Source: Spirochaetia bacterium
Lineage (GTDB): Bacteria > Spirochaetota > Spirochaetia > DSM-2461
NCBI GenBank assembly: GCA_963666985.2
Contig: CAXXIA010000001.1
Coordinates: forward strand, 1-64,000
Direction of reading: 5' to 3'
Length of the DNA: 64,000 nucleotides
The notes beneath the pieces were generated by a model, which did no database searches, was not told the DNA's origin, and worked only from the letters and a program-made list of their open reading frames with translations. The position numbers and the translations under genes were made by a program. Positions 61,162 through 64,000 of this stretch are shown here, in pieces (the stretch's first letter is position 1; each line of letters opens with the position of its first letter).

Positions 61162-61953
61162 ATGAATGATAGTTATGAAAAGCGTCTGTATGCCATTTTT
61201 CATCCGAGTCCGTCGCTTATCGGTTCGCAGCTGAATCCCCAGGCCTTCGCCCGGCATTATCTGGCCGGTTCTGTGCGGCATTACACGGGAAAAATCATCT
61301 TCGCTGAAATTGATGCGAATTTCCGGAATGCTTATTTTCCGATTGACGAATATCTGGATCAGATTGTCCCCCATGAAGACGGACGTCCCAAGGCCACCAA
61401 ATTTATTTCCGTTTACCGTGTCCTTGAGCATCTGGATCTTTCGGCCATAAAAAATCTGTACTTAACCAGTGCCGAAGGTGCCGTTCTGGAACTCGAAGCC
61501 GGCGAGGATGTTCACACCAGGGATTCGGATATTCTGCGGATTTTCGCGCAGATAAATCCGACCAAAATGCTGGTTCTCACCCGGATGAATTTTCTTGAGT
61601 TCGGCGAAGACGCCACCAGCGGACTGCATGCGAAAAGCGTTCCCTCTTTGCTGTATACCCAACTGGCGTTCGACGCGGAGCAGTTCCTGGAAGATTTCGA
61701 AATGAATCCGATGCTGGCTCTTCCCATTACCAAACTGCACCCGTCCAAACTGCGGGATGCCATTCTGGAACTCACCACATCCCGATCGAAAGGTTCCAAA
61801 GGACTGATGCTGAATTCTTCTTTTGACGAGATTCCCTATCGGATGATCCGGCATGGATTCATGTTCGCAAGACCCGGAGAAAGCAAGTTCTTCCCCATGC
61901 CGGATTGGCGTGAAGTGGAGAAAACCAATTATCGGTTCTGGCGGGCGATGTAG
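61162..61953 (+). CDS. Hypothetical cytoplasmic protein
   Basis: ATG at 61162 with AAGGAG RBS; long open frame directly after hppA. Confidence 0.7.
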   Translation: MNDSYEKRLYAIFHPSPSLIGSQLNPQAFARHYLAGSVRHYTGKIIFAEIDANFRNAYFPIDEYLDQIVPHEDGRPKATKFISVYRVLEHLDLSAIKNLYLTSAEGAVLELEAGEDVHTRDSDILRIFAQINPTKMLVLTRMNFLEFGEDATSGLHAKSVPSLLYTQLAFDAEQFLEDFEMNPMLALPITKLHPSKLRDAILELTTSRSKGSKGLMLNSSFDEIPYRMIRHGFMFARPGESKFFPMPDWREVEKTNYRFWRAM

Positions 61954-62045
61954 AGACTCCGCATAGGATTCCATAACACGCTGAGCGATTCGGCTGTTTT
62001 GCCCTTTGTGCGTCTTAAAGTCGTTTGCTCAAACAGCCGGATGGA

Positions 62046-62082
62046 AAAGACACCGGCCGGTTCATTCCCGGCCGGTGTCTTT
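62046..62082. terminator. Bidirectional terminator hairpin
   Basis: AAAGACACCGGCCGG-ttcattc-CCGGCCGGTGTCTTT between convergent genes. Confidence 0.75.
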
Positions 62083-62944
62083 ATCTGACCAGAGATACGG
62101 AGGCATCGGCATCCCATTCAAGTCCGCCGGGTTTGAATGCCGGAGTGTCGAAATCCACGTCCATGTTTCCCGTCATGGAAACATCCAATTTAGAGTTCCC
62201 CGTTAAAAGATTCCAGGCCGAGCGTCCGATTTCACCGAAGTCGAGGCTGATGCCGAACGCCACAGACTTTTGATTTTTGGCCGAAACCTCGACGGCTTGA
62301 AGTGTTTCGATTTGTCCCCAGGATTGTCCGGCCACCGAGAGTTCGCCGATCAAGCTGCTGACGACCATACCGAATCCGTTCGGATTTTTTATATCGGCGA
62401 GTACCGTGATGGACGCACCGCTGAGCTTGATGCTTTCCACGCGAATCCCCGAAGGAAGGAGAATCGGCGGTTTGATTACGGGGACCTCTATGGAACCGGA
62501 GACATCAAGACGGACCGTTCCGACATACGGAAGTGCAACTTCAAGTCCCAATGCCGCGGTGACGGGCAGGGAATCATCATTGAGCGGAGATGATCCTGCG
62601 GCCGCCAAATCGCCGAACTTGAGTTCTATGGGGATGGGCAGAATCGATTTTCCATTGGCTTTCAAGGAAACCGACTCTTCCCGGCGTCCGGTAACGATAT
62701 TCTTTTCTTCCACGATCAGGGAGTAATCGTAAGCGTCCAGAGTCAGTCCGACGGAATTCGGATTGTCGATTTCGACGTTTACCGTTATCTCAACGCCGTT
62801 CATGCTTACACCGATGATTTCCACCGAATCCACGCGGGCCGTGGGTTTGGAGATGATGTCTCCGAGTACTTCGCAAGAGGTTATTCCAAGAAGTATGACC
62901 GCCGCGGCCGCAGCAATCAGGATGAGTATTTTGGGCTGTTTCAT
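62081..62944 (-). CDS. LEA_2/WHy double-domain lipoprotein
   Basis: Lipobox ITSC; two NPN motifs (IDNPNSV, IKNPNGF). Confidence 0.85.
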   Translation of the reverse strand: MKQPKILILIAAAAAVILLGITSCEVLGDIISKPTARVDSVEIIGVSMNGVEITVNVEIDNPNSVGLTLDAYDYSLIVEEKNIVTGRREESVSLKANGKSILPIPIELKFGDLAAAGSSPLNDDSLPVTAALGLEVALPYVGTVRLDVSGSIEVPVIKPPILLPSGIRVESIKLSGASITVLADIKNPNGFGMVVSSLIGELSVAGQSWGQIETLQAVEVSAKNQKSVAFGISLDFGEIGRSAWNLLTGNSKLDVSMTGNMDVDFDTPAFKPGGLEWDADASVSLVR

Positions 62945-63324
62945 CCTCTTATTATAACACCAATAACACCGAAAGCCGCCTCATGGAGACGGCTTTCGGC
63001 TTGAAGACTTTTTTAAATACGGGAAGCGGAACGAAAACTTCGCCCGCTTCCTCCAACCAAAACGCGGAAAAGGAGGTCTCATGAAACGGCACGATCAACG
63101 AAGCGCGCCATCCAAAAGGTCTTGGAACTTTCCTTTCCGGAGAGTCCCTCCCGTCCGGCGCCGATTTCTTATATAAAAAATCTTTCACCGGACCGGAGGA
63201 ACCGCCGTAAACTTAATCTTACGGCCGTCCCGTATGCTCTTTATTCGGGGCATCTCCGGCTCCATTCCGCCGGCCTCCTTACGACTCGGCCTCGGCCGGA
63301 TAATGATTTCCCCGATATTTATTT

Positions 63325-63666
63325 TTAACCGATGGCCGCATCTCCGGTTTCACCGGATCGAATCCTGATGGCCTGTTCAATGGGCAGTATGAAGATCTTT
63401 CCGTCTCCGATTTCTCCCGAACGGGCACCCGCAATAATCGCATCCACGGTTTTCTGAACAAACGGTTCGGTAACCGCGATTTCGATACGGACTTTTTTCA
63501 GAAGATTCACCTCAACCTCAACACCGCGATACGTTTCCGTATAGCCTTTCTGCTGGCCGCATCCCATGGCGTTGGTAACCGAAATCTTGAAAATCTCCTG
63601 TTTGTACAGTTCCTGCTTAACGCTGTTCAGCTTATCGGGCTGAATGTAGGCAATAACAAGTTTCAT
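63325..63666 (-). CDS. glnK: PII nitrogen regulatory protein
   Basis: GCGQQKG...YRG T-loop; GEIGDGKIF and IRIRSGE motifs; adjacent to amtB. Confidence 0.92.
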   Translation of the reverse strand: MKLVIAYIQPDKLNSVKQELYKQEIFKISVTNAMGCGQQKGYTETYRGVEVEVNLLKKVRIEIAVTEPFVQKTVDAIIAGARSGEIGDGKIFILPIEQAIRIRSGETGDAAIG

Positions 63667-63680
63667 CTCTTTCTTCCTCC

Positions 63681-64000
63681 TTACATGTTCTGGAAGATCT
63701 GGAAACCGGCGTAGGCTTCGGTTCCATGCTCATCAATATCCAAGCCGGCGAGTTCTTCTTTCTCGGTAACACGGAGACCGACGGTTTTCTTCACGATGAA
63801 GAAGAGAATCATGCCGAGTCCGAAAGCCCAAGCGAAGACCGAAATGGCGCCGAGTGCCTGGATGCCGATCTGACCGCCGCGGGTCAGTTCCACACCCGTG
63901 AAACCGGCGAGGGAATCAAGGTTGCCGAAGATTCCGGTCGCCAGAGTACCCCAAACGCCGCAAACGCCATGAACGGAAACCGCACCGACCGGATCGTCGA
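63681..64000 (-). CDS. amtB: Ammonium transporter, 3' part (5' end outside the window)
   Basis: DDPVGAVSVHGVCGVWG...GLRVTEKEELAGLDIDEHG. Confidence 0.92.
   Translation of the reverse strand, partial: DDPVGAVSVHGVCGVWGTLATGIFGNLDSLAGFTGVELTRGGQIGIQALGAISVFAWAFGLGMILFFIVKKTVGLRVTEKEELAGLDIDEHGTEAYAGFQIFQNM

Noticed and set aside
62950..63320. Possible ncRNA or small ORFs between glnK and the LEA gene
   Set aside because: Only terminator-like hairpins are evident, and the short ORFs lack an RBS or recognisable motifs.

Overview
A 64 kb bacterial chromosomal segment, probably from a free-living spirochaete. This is inferred from the lipoprotein and solute-binding signal-peptide styles and from the cyclase/FecR cluster; it is not proven. 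It carries housekeeping genes (tex, ligA, trxA, a peroxiredoxin, tRNA-Asn, glnK/amtB, a membrane pyrophosphatase) and several uptake or catabolic modules: a GPH symporter, an AT-rich GntR/sugar-ABC/MBL-hydrolase island, an IclR-TRAP locus, an arabinan ABC + GH51 + GH43 locus, and a sigma54-controlled BKACE/dehydrogenase/AtoE operon. Cyclic-nucleotide signalling genes are numerous (class III adenylate cyclase, CRP-like, GGDEF, EAL, HD-GYP). No CRISPR array, transposase, integrase or prophage gene was seen. The strongest hunt result is an unannotated, apparently leaderless 19-aa leader peptide with six consecutive Ala codons. It sits in a complete 1:2/2:3/3:4 attenuator upstream of an AlaA-like aminotransferase, making it a candidate alanine-sensing ribosome-mediated attenuator. 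Also notable: a four-gene putative trans-envelope cAMP signalling operon, recurrent leaderless gene starts, a clamp-binding-like QGELF motif in a LigA insertion, a tRNA-linked repeat and several operator-like palindromes. Three genes carry single-base frameshifts that look more like consensus errors than real pseudogenes.
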